A DNA stretch of 51,401 nt from Candidatus Omnitrophota bacterium (GTDB lineage: Bacteria > Omnitrophota > Gorgyraeia > Aquiviventales > Aquiviventaceae): the NCBI GenBank assembly GCA_016206685.1, contig JACQRB010000060.1:1-51401 (forward strand), given 5' to 3'. Position numbers and translations under genes: made by a program. Under the pieces are notes generated by a model, which ran no database searches, had not been told where the DNA came from, and saw nothing but the letters and a program-made list of their open reading frames with translations. This document shows positions 31,101 to 39,756 of the stretch, in pieces; the stretch's first letter is position 1, and the number at the start of each line of letters is the position of its first letter.

Positions 31101-34100
31101 TATCCGCATCGACCACGGCCGTCGCGTTGACATCCTGCACCATGGATGAAGCCTCTGTCGCTTGGACTTGGATCCCCGCAGCCCGGAGCGCTCCTACCAC
31201 ACGGTAGCCCTCGACTTTCTTCGGAACCAGCAAGGTGAGATGCACAAATGTGGGGCCCGGCGTGACATTTACGCCAATTACGGTCCCCGTAGCCTTCGGT
31301 GAACGCCCGACTACAATGTTATTCGGGGGAACCAGCAGGCGCTTCTCGCCCCGATAGGGCACGAGCGGCATCGGCTGATCGGTCGATGACCGCACGACGG
31401 TCGGGACCAACGCAGTCACCCCGCCGAACTCTTCGGATCGAAACACGTCAATGAGCGGCTTCAAGCGTTCAAGCGAGCCCTCGATCTGTTCAGCCACGAA
31501 ACGCGCTTCTGCACCCTGCTGGACTTTCTCGGGAACTTCTTCATAGGATACAAAATGACCTGCGACATAGGTGTACCGGCGGCCATCAATGTCGATAATT
31601 TTCACCCAGTGTTGAACAAATTGAGCGATCCGCTGAGCCGTGTCCACATAGCTGTCCTGCAGCGCCTGAATCCATTTCGGTGGACGCTCCAACGGCTTGT
31701 CGTTCAGGACAGTCAGTGAGTCATCAGGAAGCGCCTGGGGGACGGTCAGCGCGAGTGAGAGGAGATACTGCATCGCCCGCGGATCGCCTTGCTCGGCCAG
31801 TTGGCCTATTTCTTCCAACACCGCGCGATGCACATTGCTCAGGATCTCACGGCCACGCACTTTACCGTTCTCCTCCGATGAAGGCGCGTTGTACCACCAG
31901 AGCGACAAGATCGCTTCCTGGTGCGTGAGCCCGAAGATGCTTTCAAAAATCGGATGGAGCACTGTTTCGGTGACGGCACTCGTGCCCGTCTGCGGGAAAT
32001 AGGTCTTCACGTACTGCTCCGTCATGTAGATCTTGAGGGTAGCGGAGCTTTCCTCATACTCGGATAGCTCATAGGCCCCCCCTTCAAACAGATCGCCGAA
32101 GTGGGTTTGGGTTCCTAAATCGACCAGCACGATCTCAATATTTTTAATCGGTTTCCCTGCATATTCAGGCATCTGAGCGCTGACCGTCAGTCCCAGCTTG
32201 GCGATGCCAGCGGCACCTTCTCCGTTCGACAGAACCCGACCCAGGGCGCTTAACAATTCGGCCTGCTGAGCCGCGCGTACGTCACCGACCATGAACGGTG
32301 GCCGACCGTGACGGTAGAGGAGGTCGCCCATCCGTTGCAGCCAGCCAGGGTGGCTTTCATCGAGGGAACGCTTGCTGGCGGACGCGATCTGCTCGAGCAT
32401 CGCCCGGTGCGCGTCAGACCCCCTGGGAATGTCGCCCACACCGATGCCAGGCAGCCGTAGCGTAATGGCCTTGCCCACTGGCGCGTCGCCGCGCGGACCG
32501 ACCTGCGGTGCCTTCGTCTGGTTGATGAAGGACCACGTGCGCTCAAGGACCTGTTTAACCGTCGCCGAAGGCATTACGTCACCCAGGAGCCCGTAGAACG
32601 TCCCAAGCTGGTCTGCCGGGATGCCGGACTCTGCAGCAAGCGCGCGGGCGATGTTGCGGGACTGCCACGCCACCCATTCTTCGGAACTAACAGACGCATC
32701 TCCTGAGCCGGTCGTTCTCAGGATCAGCTCCCTTAGACTATCCGTAGCGTTGACGTCCTCAGGCTTCACCTTGAGCACCCCGGCGATGACTTTCTTCCCA
32801 TCGCCCAGGAAGTCTTCCTTCGCCGTGGTCGCGCCGCCGTGAGGACCGACCTTCGGGCGGGCGAGCACCAGCGTGAATCGCCTGGCGTCGGAATCGTAGT
32901 CGGCGTTCACAACCCCCAAGTCAGGCAAGGCTTCACCGTCCAGGAACTGGCGAGGATTCGCCACCCGGCGACCGTCCTCCCACGACACATCCAGTACGAT
33001 GCCCTGCTGATGATCGAGCACCTCATGCAAGAAGCCGCGCGCCTGCCGCACGGTCCAAATCGCGCCAGCCGGCAGGGCGTCCTTGCCGCCCGGATACCTG
33101 GCAAGGAGCTGGTCGGTCTTCGCCTGCACCGCGTCCAGCACGGCTCTCGCCTGGGCGATGAAGGCGTCGGCTTGCTTCTCCGACACGCCGAGTTTCTGAA
33201 GCAACGGGTTGGGTCCTTGGTGGAGGGTGGACGCTTGACGCCAAACGCGTCCCCACTCGTGCAAGACCTCAAGCCCCTCCAGGATGAGGGAGGCGAGCGT
33301 CTCGGGCTTGGCGGCTTGCGGGTTTTGCAGCTCCTGCCGGGTCAGCCACAACAAGGTCTCAGCGTACAACTGACGCAAAGGGGTCTGCTGGATTTGCTTG
33401 GGGAATTGGATGGACAACTGGTTCACGATGGTCACGATGGCATACGCCTCGCTGACTTCACCCGGCGCGCCGCCGCCGACACCAGGCAGGTCATACACCC
33501 CCTGCTCCGAATTCCATATCGCGGTGATGTTGTGGTGAGCCTTTTGCCGAATCCGGGTGGGATCAGTCGGATGCTGCTCCCACTCCTCCGTATTGACTAA
33601 CCTGCCGTCTGCGAAGCGAGCTTCCCCCAGCTCAGGCAGTCCAATCCGTTCCTGCGCCACCTGCTCGAATCGCTGAGTATTCTGGCTGATTTCCGGCGCG
33701 CCGTCCTGTTGGGTCAGGCGCTGGCGCAGGAGCGCGCGCCGCTCCTCGAGGCTCACCGCCGCGGGGGGAGTCGTCTCTGGAGCGAGCGCCCGTCCTTTCT
33801 CAAGGAGCGCCTCCGCCTCCACTCGGTCAATACCAAAGCCTTCAACTTGATTCCAGAACAACCGATGGTTGTCTTTTTCATAGACCGCCAACCGACGCAG
33901 GGCGCTCTCGTTGCCCGCCCTCGCTTGCTCAAGCACTTTCAGGAACTGCTGAGAGCTGAGCCCGCCGCCGGTCGGATCTTTGCGCCCTGCTGGAGTGGCC
34001 GTGTAGAACTGGCCTGCGGTTGAACCCCGCAAGGCCAAGGCGTCGGGTGAAGGGGTGCCAGCCATCAGGCGAATGCTATCCCAGTAGCCAGTTCCAGTTT

Positions 34101-37100
34101 CCCGATTACCATCGAACGCCGTGTAGCCGTGCTCCCTCGCCGCCTGCTCTTTGGCTTGGTGCTCGGCATACGCCACCATCCCTCGCAGTCCGACGTCCAG
34201 GGCGAGCTCGTATGTACTATAGGTAATGCCATGAAACCCGAACGTCGTGATGAATTGATACTTGTATCCCAGCTTGGCCAGTTCTTTTTGGAACGTTTCA
34301 AGCTCTTCTGTTCCTAGATGTTTATCCCACGGCAAGTTGCCCGAGAGGTTGAAGGCCAGGGGTTTGCCAGGGTATTTGGCGTGGATCGCTTCGGCGAATT
34401 GCTTCGCATGTTCCATGGAGATTGCATGGTCCTCAAACCACAGCAAGTCTGAGTAGGGCGCGAACTCGAGCGCCGTGGCAATCGCGCGTTCGATGCCTGG
34501 CCTGACCAGGTAGAGCTGATCGCGGTTCCTCAATGGTGCCCACGTCCCCCGTTCGCCTGCTTTGAGTTCCGTCACAAATCTCCCTGGGGTGATTTCCACC
34601 TCTTTCCACTCCCCGGCAAACCCGTTTGCAACAGCTTGGTCATAGGTCATTTCCTCGCGGTCATTCGTGACTCCCAGAATAAACGACCGGTCCCGAGGAT
34701 CATCCCTGAGGAGGAACTGGGCGTGGAGCGCGTCGGTGCGTCCAATAATCACAAACGGCACCCCCATCACGTCCCCGGCCAATCGTTGACCCTTCAGGCC
34801 GGCAATCATTTTCGTGGTCGTGGTATTGCACGCCCCTTTGAGATGTCCACAGACCTTATCTTCTGGAACTTGATTCTCGTCGTGGCCTATGCCCGCACCC
34901 GCTTTGATGACCGCCCGCGTTTTCACGAAGGCATGCCGCTCGCTGCCAAGCGCTTCAAAATCCACGACATGGAGGGGCCGCCAATCCTTGCGGGTACCCG
35001 GCTGACCTTGCAAGGCGGCTTGACGTGCGGTAAATTGCGCGGCGTTGTTGACCCGACGCACCGTCCTGACCTGCGTCGCCGGTGAGGAGTAGAGACTGAG
35101 GTCAGAGTAGATCTCCTCGTCATCGTTATTATCCGCCGCGTCGTTCCACCCACTCCCGTAAGTCCCCAGAATAGCCTTGGTCTTCCCCATGCGCTTGAGT
35201 TGCTGGCGCGCTTGGAGGACCTGCGCCACTTGTTGGCTTGTGTAGACGCCCAATCCGAAGATGAACTCCTCGGGATCCTTACCATAAACGATCTCCCGGA
35301 ACTGCTCCGCGTTCTCCCTGGCAGTCGCGTAGGTTTCAATATCCAACGCCCCACGCAGCCTCAGGACGGCCTCGGCCATGGACTTCGGGCGCTGCTCCGG
35401 CGGCAGGTCGGCCGGGTAGAACTGCACAAAATCTTCCCAGGTGTAATCGCGCTTGATCCCGTAGAGCGCTTCCTCTTTTTTCCACTGTGCCTCGAGCTCC
35501 TCGGCTTCCCGTTGCAGTTCAGAGGTCGCAGGCACCGGTTGAATGAACGACGCCTCATCGGGAGCTTTGGCCATGTCCTCTTGCATGAGAGAGATCGGGA
35601 TGCCCAGCAGTACCGCCGCGCGCTCCGCCGCCTGCTCGCCTGTCAGCTCTCCGAGATACACCTGCGCCAGCAGCCCACGCAGCACCGGAGCTTTCTCGGC
35701 GCGCTCCGAGAGAATGTTGACTCTGCGCTCAAGTAACGCATCGGAGAACGACGCAACGGCGTCGCGATGCTCTGCCGGCACCCGCGCCAGAGCGTCGGCT
35801 GCCTGCTGGGTTTCTCTCTCCAGAGCCGCCGCGGCGGCTTGTTTCTGTTCTTGATCCCGAATCCACTGGATGTCCTGGCCAATCTTGCCCAGATCAGTTG
35901 TTGACTCGGTTTGCTTGGGGGCGGTTTGCGAATCGCTGCCAAACTTTTCGACATAGGCGATGATCTGATCAACAGTTCTCTGCTCGCGCAAGCCGTGATA
36001 GAACGCCTCGAGATCGACCAGCGGGATGAAGATGCCGAATTCTCCCTCGACCAGATTCGATCCGATGGCCCCGAGATGGGACGCTACCTCTAAATCCCCC
36101 GTCACCGCCTCAAGGCTCAGACCTAACGCGGCGGCAACGGCTCGCTTCACGTTCCCTGCAATGTCTTCTCTGTCCGTCGTCGCGCCGCCGCCGAGCAGTT
36201 TCCCTTGCTGTTTGAGCAGGGCGGTGGCGAGCGTTATGGCGTTCGGATCTGTCGGTTCAGTAGAGAGCCGGCTGATTAACTGCGCAGCCTGGCCCGCGAT
36301 CTCATCTTGTCCGGCGTACGTGGCGGAGGTCTTCAGCCGTCCCAAGTCGCGCAGGAGGACCTTCGGGTCGACTGCCGGCGCGGCGGGCGCTGCAGCCGGT
36401 CCGTAGCTGCTCCGGACGAGCTGCAGGTACCCTTGTCCGGGCTCCTGCGGATTCGACGCGAAGACCAGGGTGTTCACATGGGAGACCGCGCCTTCCGGCT
36501 GCACACCCGGCACATCGAATGGGAGTCTCTGGTCGGTGCGCCCGTCGCTCGCGAAGGTGAAGCTGCCGGCGATAGGCTCGGTGACCTGGCGTGACGAGAA
36601 GATCTTCCCAGCAAGCACCTCATTGATATCCCCATACGCTGCTCGGTAGCCGATGAGCTTCGTTTTAACTTTGGCTGCCTCCGGGTCCGACCAGTCGTCC
36701 TTCAACGCCATGCCTTTCTTCACGTTGGGGCTGACGACCTGAAATCCGGCGTAAGCACCGTCGCCGGTATAGGCTGAAGCGATAAGGGTGTTCCAGACCG
36801 CCTCCGTCATTCCGGAACGCCGCAAGAAAATCCGCAGCGGCCCTCCCTTCACGCCCAGCGTGGCGGCGACCGCCGGCTGGACCGTGCCTTCGGAGATCAC
36901 CTCATACTGGAGTCCGGTCCGTTCGCTGATGGCCTTCAGCTCCGCCACATCACCGGTATCCGCCGTGAGCGTTGTCACGTGCACCCGGCTGAGATCAGCC
37001 TCGCCATTGAGCGCTGCGATTCGTGAAATCAGCGTCTCAATCCCAAGACTTGGGTTGAGAAATTCCTCGATCGACGCAACCTGGTGCAGAGTTAACACCG

Positions 37101-39735
37101 CAGCCTCCAGCGCCGGGTTGACGCGCGCGACCACCATCAGCGCCCGCGCTTCATCCGGGAAGCTGCCAAACAGCTTGGCGCCCGGTCCCACGGCTTTGAT
37201 GGACGACGCGCCGGGGTCGCCGAACACGAAGACCGTCGTCCCCTCGATGGGATCGTCCACGGACCATGTCGGTCTGCCCTGCGGATCGCCGACCACCATA
37301 CCCGCTTCATGCCCACCGGCGATTTCGCCTTTGGTCTCATAGTTCAGCAGCGTCTCCCGACGATGTGAGAGGGCGGCGACATCGTCGTCAACGCGCTGTG
37401 CGACCAGATCGGCGTCGGCTTTGATCTGGTCAATCCGGTCCTTATCCGCTTTCTTATCCAACCCCTCCGCCTGGCCGCGGTAGCCTGCCTGCACTGTCTT
37501 GATTGCCATCATCTGCGTCGAGAGCTGGGAGTAACCGGCATCTTCCAGTGGGGAGAAACCATCACCCGGCAGTCGTCCCGCGAGAAACTGCGTCGTGAAG
37601 TCGCGGTCCACCTCATGACTCAAGGGCACGACGCCGAATTTCTCCTGCAACCGGTTCCGCAGCTCAGCTTCAGCCAACGCCTGGGCGAGCGCCAGCGGCG
37701 GGGAGCGGGGGGCATCCACGAACGCTTCGGTGTGCCGGGCGATGAGGGCTCTGGTGTCAGCCGCCCGCAAGCGCGTGAAGATATCGGCAAATTTCGCTTC
37801 GAGCGTGGTGCTCACCGCTTGCTCCGCGTCGTGGGGCAAGTTCCAGAACAACTGGGTCCGTCCTGGCAGACCCGGGAACTTCTTGATGGCGTCTTTGCGG
37901 ATACTGGCTTGTTTCTGAGGATTCTCGGGTTTGCCCGCTGCTTCCCAATCTTTCTGGAAGAGCTCCTCGCCGACCGACGCGAGGAGCGTCTTCAAGGCTT
38001 CCGGCAGCGCCTCGTGACCAAGAATAAGATTCTGGAACTCGGTAGCGAGGTGGACCTCGGCGGTGTCATGCGCGGGGAAGTTATTGAAGAGCTCCGGCGC
38101 AAGGGTCGAGGCACCATGTTGCACTGACCCCGCCATATCGCCGAACTCTTCCGAGCGAATGAGGTCAGAGACTTGCTGGAGGAGGGGAAAGGCGACCGGT
38201 ACGTCGCGTATCAGCTTGCCTTGGTCATCGAACCGCCCCCCATGAGCGGCGCCTGTCTGGATGCTGAACGCGTCAGGTCCTGCGACACCCCGTTTGGCGA
38301 GCTCGGCTTTGAGCCCTGTCAAGAACGCTCGGACTTGGCTGAGGGTGGTGTTGGTCTCCTTGCCGACTTCACCAACCTCCACGCCAAGGCCAATGTTGTC
38401 ATCCCCGTGAATTTCTTTGGCGTTCGTCCGGGCAAACTCAATGAGCGCTGCCGAGACGGCGATGTTGTCCTTCTGTTGCTCGAGATCGAGCTCAAACTGT
38501 TGACGTTCCCGTTCGGCTGCGTCGGGCACCCCCGCCTCGGTGAGGAACTTTGGTGTGCCTTCAATCGTCGAGGCGTCAATATCAATGTTCCGGAATCCGG
38601 CGCGCAAGCCTTCCACGATGAGCCCCTTAATCCGTCCAATTTCCTTGGCGGGATCGGCTCGGTGGTTCTTGGCATTGAGCTGGGTGTGGTCCATCTTGAG
38701 GAAGACCGGCGCATCATGCCGTTCCAGCACCGCAGCGGCAAGAAGTTCTGCGGCGTAGGCTGCGTACCGACGGCCGGTATAACCCGTTTCGGAAGCCGCG
38801 AGCTCAAACACCATCGCCCCCACACCCTGCTTGTGAGCGGCGCGAAGGGCGGCGCGCGCGGTCACGAGTCCGCCCACGCGGATGTTCATCGCAGGGATCG
38901 TCCGCTGTGTCACCTCGCGTCGGCCCATCGCCTTGTAGTAGTCCCTGATCGAGGCGGAATAGACGCCGTACGAGGGCGCCAATTCGCGGATAGCCCATTG
39001 AGCGGCTTCGCGCACGGTCTGGTCGTCATGGAGCACCGCGTCATACGCCAGGTCGGCAAACACCGGGCGCAAGGCCTCTTTAACCTTGACCCGTTCCTTG
39101 ACGAACTCCGCCTGGTCCTCGCGCACCCGCAGGCGGGTTGCGCCTCGAGCATCCACATATCGCTCGGTAAAGGGTTCGAGTCGTCGCAGGAGGTCCCCAA
39201 CCGTCGCAAACCGCTCTTTATGCACATAGGTGCCGGTTTCAGGGTTGACTGCGTCGAAGACATCCGCCGAGACGAAGCGTGCGAGCGCCTCCTTTGTGGT
39301 AAGTGCCTCGGCGGCGAGGTCTTCAATCTGGTTGATCGTCCTGGCGGGATGTTGGGCGGCGGTCGCGGCGACGACCAGCCCCGCATCCACGGACCGGACC
39401 TCAGCCGCGGGATCCAAACGCTCCCGCAGGAGCGCCTGGAACCGCTGGACGGCGTCCTCAGAGACCTGGTCAACCTTCAGCCGGTGCGTCACGGAGTGCT
39501 GCTCATTCGCCAACTCCTTGACGGCTTGACGGGCGGCTCTCTTGAGCTCATCTAATCGCGGACGCAGGAGATCTGCGCGTAACTGCCAGGTCGTGTTGAC
39601 GTCAGCCCGCGCCGCCGGCGATCGCAAGAGCGTCTGCGCATACGCCAGCGGTTGCGCCTGCGAAACTGAGAACACGACAGCGACGAAGGATGCCCACCGC
39701 TTGGTCCACGCGCCCCTCAACCATAATCTCCTCAT
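28165..39735 (-). CDS. giant 3,856-aa multidomain protein: signal-peptide-like N-terminus, then class II aldolase-like, GlpX-like, ACP-like, isocitrate lyase-like, ACP-like, unknown ~700-aa region, GAPDH, ACP-like and unknown C-terminal region
   Basis: Single uninterrupted frame with sensible protein-like composition throughout. Recognisable enzyme motifs are listed in the sub-features below. N-terminus: MRRLWLRGAWTKRWASFVAVVFSVSQAQPLAYA-Q. Confidence 0.85.
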   Translation of the reverse strand: MRRLWLRGAWTKRWASFVAVVFSVSQAQPLAYAQTLLRSPAARADVNTTWQLRADLLRPRLDELKRAARQAVKELANEQHSVTHRLKVDQVSEDAVQRFQALLRERLDPAAEVRSVDAGLVVAATAAQHPARTINQIEDLAAEALTTKEALARFVSADVFDAVNPETGTYVHKERFATVGDLLRRLEPFTERYVDARGATRLRVREDQAEFVKERVKVKEALRPVFADLAYDAVLHDDQTVREAAQWAIRELAPSYGVYSASIRDYYKAMGRREVTQRTIPAMNIRVGGLVTARAALRAAHKQGVGAMVFELAASETGYTGRRYAAYAAELLAAAVLERHDAPVFLKMDHTQLNAKNHRADPAKEIGRIKGLIVEGLRAGFRNIDIDASTIEGTPKFLTEAGVPDAAERERQQFELDLEQQKDNIAVSAALIEFARTNAKEIHGDDNIGLGVEVGEVGKETNTTLSQVRAFLTGLKAELAKRGVAGPDAFSIQTGAAHGGRFDDQGKLIRDVPVAFPLLQQVSDLIRSEEFGDMAGSVQHGASTLAPELFNNFPAHDTAEVHLATEFQNLILGHEALPEALKTLLASVGEELFQKDWEAAGKPENPQKQASIRKDAIKKFPGLPGRTQLFWNLPHDAEQAVSTTLEAKFADIFTRLRAADTRALIARHTEAFVDAPRSPPLALAQALAEAELRNRLQEKFGVVPLSHEVDRDFTTQFLAGRLPGDGFSPLEDAGYSQLSTQMMAIKTVQAGYRGQAEGLDKKADKDRIDQIKADADLVAQRVDDDVAALSHRRETLLNYETKGEIAGGHEAGMVVGDPQGRPTWSVDDPIEGTTVFVFGDPGASSIKAVGPGAKLFGSFPDEARALMVVARVNPALEAAVLTLHQVASIEEFLNPSLGIETLISRIAALNGEADLSRVHVTTLTADTGDVAELKAISERTGLQYEVISEGTVQPAVAATLGVKGGPLRIFLRRSGMTEAVWNTLIASAYTGDGAYAGFQVVSPNVKKGMALKDDWSDPEAAKVKTKLIGYRAAYGDINEVLAGKIFSSRQVTEPIAGSFTFASDGRTDQRLPFDVPGVQPEGAVSHVNTLVFASNPQEPGQGYLQLVRSSYGPAAAPAAPAVDPKVLLRDLGRLKTSATYAGQDEIAGQAAQLISRLSTEPTDPNAITLATALLKQQGKLLGGGATTDREDIAGNVKRAVAAALGLSLEAVTGDLEVASHLGAIGSNLVEGEFGIFIPLVDLEAFYHGLREQRTVDQIIAYVEKFGSDSQTAPKQTESTTDLGKIGQDIQWIRDQEQKQAAAAALERETQQAADALARVPAEHRDAVASFSDALLERRVNILSERAEKAPVLRGLLAQVYLGELTGEQAAERAAVLLGIPISLMQEDMAKAPDEASFIQPVPATSELQREAEELEAQWKKEEALYGIKRDYTWEDFVQFYPADLPPEQRPKSMAEAVLRLRGALDIETYATARENAEQFREIVYGKDPEEFIFGLGVYTSQQVAQVLQARQQLKRMGKTKAILGTYGSGWNDAADNNDDEEIYSDLSLYSSPATQVRTVRRVNNAAQFTARQAALQGQPGTRKDWRPLHVVDFEALGSERHAFVKTRAVIKAGAGIGHDENQVPEDKVCGHLKGACNTTTTKMIAGLKGQRLAGDVMGVPFVIIGRTDALHAQFLLRDDPRDRSFILGVTNDREEMTYDQAVANGFAGEWKEVEITPGRFVTELKAGERGTWAPLRNRDQLYLVRPGIERAIATALEFAPYSDLLWFEDHAISMEHAKQFAEAIHAKYPGKPLAFNLSGNLPWDKHLGTEELETFQKELAKLGYKYQFITTFGFHGITYSTYELALDVGLRGMVAYAEHQAKEQAAREHGYTAFDGNRETGTGYWDSIRLMAGTPSPDALALRGSTAGQFYTATPAGRKDPTGGGLSSQQFLKVLEQARAGNESALRRLAVYEKDNHRLFWNQVEGFGIDRVEAEALLEKGRALAPETTPPAAVSLEERRALLRQRLTQQDGAPEISQNTQRFEQVAQERIGLPELGEARFADGRLVNTEEWEQHPTDPTRIRQKAHHNITAIWNSEQGVYDLPGVGGGAPGEVSEAYAIVTIVNQLSIQFPKQIQQTPLRQLYAETLLWLTRQELQNPQAAKPETLASLILEGLEVLHEWGRVWRQASTLHQGPNPLLQKLGVSEKQADAFIAQARAVLDAVQAKTDQLLARYPGGKDALPAGAIWTVRQARGFLHEVLDHQQGIVLDVSWEDGRRVANPRQFLDGEALPDLGVVNADYDSDARRFTLVLARPKVGPHGGATTAKEDFLGDGKKVIAGVLKVKPEDVNATDSLRELILRTTGSGDASVSSEEWVAWQSRNIARALAAESGIPADQLGTFYGLLGDVMPSATVKQVLERTWSFINQTKAPQVGPRGDAPVGKAITLRLPGIGVGDIPRGSDAHRAMLEQIASASKRSLDESHPGWLQRMGDLLYRHGRPPFMVGDVRAAQQAELLSALGRVLSNGEGAAGIAKLGLTVSAQMPEYAGKPIKNIEIVLVDLGTQTHFGDLFEGGAYELSEYEESSATLKIYMTEQYVKTYFPQTGTSAVTETVLHPIFESIFGLTHQEAILSLWWYNAPSSEENGKVRGREILSNVHRAVLEEIGQLAEQGDPRAMQYLLSLALTVPQALPDDSLTVLNDKPLERPPKWIQALQDSYVDTAQRIAQFVQHWVKIIDIDGRRYTYVAGHFVSYEEVPEKVQQGAEARFVAEQIEGSLERLKPLIDVFRSEEFGGVTALVPTVVRSSTDQPMPLVPYRGEKRLLVPPNNIVVGRSPKATGTVIGVNVTPGPTFVHLTLLVPKKVEGYRVVGALRAAGIQVQATEASSMVQDVNATAVVDADTLVVKEVDGLGSLIDLKVFYDSGESGVVRGSLMEPSKFADGLHLKRPIRVAINGAGGRTGLTILRQLLLHHRPDQIQVVAVNARSAEYLKYALQHDTEHGEFSLPIELGKDETGDWLEIQGQRIWVYSQRILKGLPWVRHEVDIAVDATGEFVSKEALAGHLEAGAKRVILTNPSDAKKADEHKADFSLLLGVNEDQLPADAEVIDCASCTTNSYAPPMSIAKQGPYRVLAGVLGTTHAVTGTQRLTDGFDRRRERGRAAPRNMVLTETGADRATVPILPDLAGKLSGTALRVPTGTGSISVVTNIVEVPERMPLTAEGVNEHFRKLAATDQLQGILAVEAGLVGSQQIVGRSESSILLEEGTQVTPLGGNRYLVRQLFWYDNEWGYSARVVDAVYVVGAKLIEAEAAAALLTLEEITARAKRAIAEALDMKPEEVTGDVGGRLLESRSLQALALAEEFNIPPEKRDAFARGLLRQHNFEEQIVPYLGSTLAALRAGGLRGGAPVTKAAEDDAGIEARLEALVRGGRFRYASIGRETIRVLSVGVAWPEEIVGLSERGSVLSIARARFSRLSNGEYEMTGRLEGPTPPRWVDANLVAILAMHSPAPSKKAPRGGVELSLQERRDLLMQAFLRLEEAPREMIEVIDERIAQQHDRLMMDTMNWFASQPIPPVGERNALAQETQRAGEFERQWTEVVGEVTAAIERSDIPEELQGRVESVLSRLRGALGAIVDYAEALEAAFLSSRAQPGAVAPVADERLIAQATLARDPALSGLFENTLATPEQAEAMVDMDHPRVVIVHEAALKERGVPLAIALQELERDLQLVLQEALRTAGIQGLEDWKGSLQFLRVDEADGVEGLLRSLPGRLEHLGVPGAQVALVVGPEDWARDMKLALEQRSRQQVAAFALRPGAASDHAVLDWNVIMAAAEAAVAGDQFSERVRAKFDLVSDGTGVFTIPELAISPAAEAVIRDQEAVLSQA
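29641..29862 (-). other. domain: ACP-like module 3
   Basis: AKRAIAEALDMKPEEVTGDVGGRLLESRSLQALALAEEFNIPPEK is colinear with the ACP helix I-II-III pattern (S in RSL at the DSL position). Confidence 0.45.
29900..30969 (-). other. domain: glyceraldehyde-3-phosphate dehydrogenase (approx. aa 2923-3278)
   Basis: IRVAINGAGGRTG (Rossmann motif); CASCTTNSYAP with the catalytic Cys at 30463-30477; TTHAVTGTQRLTDG; TETGADRA; WYDNEWGYSARVVD. Confidence 0.85.
32720..32820 (-). other. domain: ACP-like module 2 with a DSL motif
   Basis: GKKVIAGVLKVKPEDVNATDSLRELIL. The pre-serine helix and D-S-L match the phosphopantetheine attachment-site pattern. Confidence 0.4.
34066..35453 (-). other. domain: isocitrate lyase-like (ICL/PEP-mutase superfamily; approx. 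aa 1428-1890)
   Basis: YGSGWNDAA...YSDLSLYSS; the catalytic-loop signature KVCGHLKG at 34833-34856 (canonical K-[KR]-C-G-H); IIGRTDA; APYSDLLWFE; FNLSGNLPW; GYKYQFITTFGFH; EHGYTAF...TGTGYWDSI. Confidence 0.8.
35938..36170 (-). other. domain: acyl-carrier-protein-like four-helix module 1 (degenerate)
   Basis: NVKRAVAAALGLSLEAVTGDLEVASHLGAIGSNLVEGEFGIFIP...TVDQIIAYVEK is colinear with the ACP pattern (...EEVT...LGADSLD..EL...EEEFD.EIP...AIDYI). Confidence 0.45.
36470..37530 (-). other. domain: class II FBPase (GlpX)-like, divergent (approx. aa 735-1088)
   Basis: SVDDPIEGTTVFVFGDPGASSIKAVGPGA parallels GlpX DIAVDPIEGTRMTAMGQANALAVLAVG. The downstream segments are colinear, but the GEGEIDEAP and GGAPEG motifs are degenerate. 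Confidence 0.5.
37750..39000 (-). other. domain: class II (metal-dependent) fructose/tagatose-bisphosphate aldolase-like (approx. aa 245-660 of the giant ORF)
   Basis: From memory, these segments parallel E. coli FbaA. TIPAMNIRVG matches ALPAVNCVG. PVFLKMDHT matches PVILHTDHC. NIDIDAST matches HMIDLSE. LGVEVGEVGKE matches LEIELGCTGGEED. IQTGAAHGG matches ASFGNVHGV. VQHGAST matches FHGGSGS. Confidence 0.7.
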
Positions 39736-39756
39736 GCGGGATGCTCTCCTATGATG

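Noticed and set aside
29900-39000. The idea that the giant ORF is just four adjacent ordinary enzyme genes merged by missing stop codons.
   Set aside because: The enzyme modules are separated by hundreds of residues of in-frame, protein-like, non-repetitive sequence that includes the ACP-like modules. No module begins with a start codon/RBS context or ends near a stop in any frame that I could see. Assembly validation is still needed (see findings).
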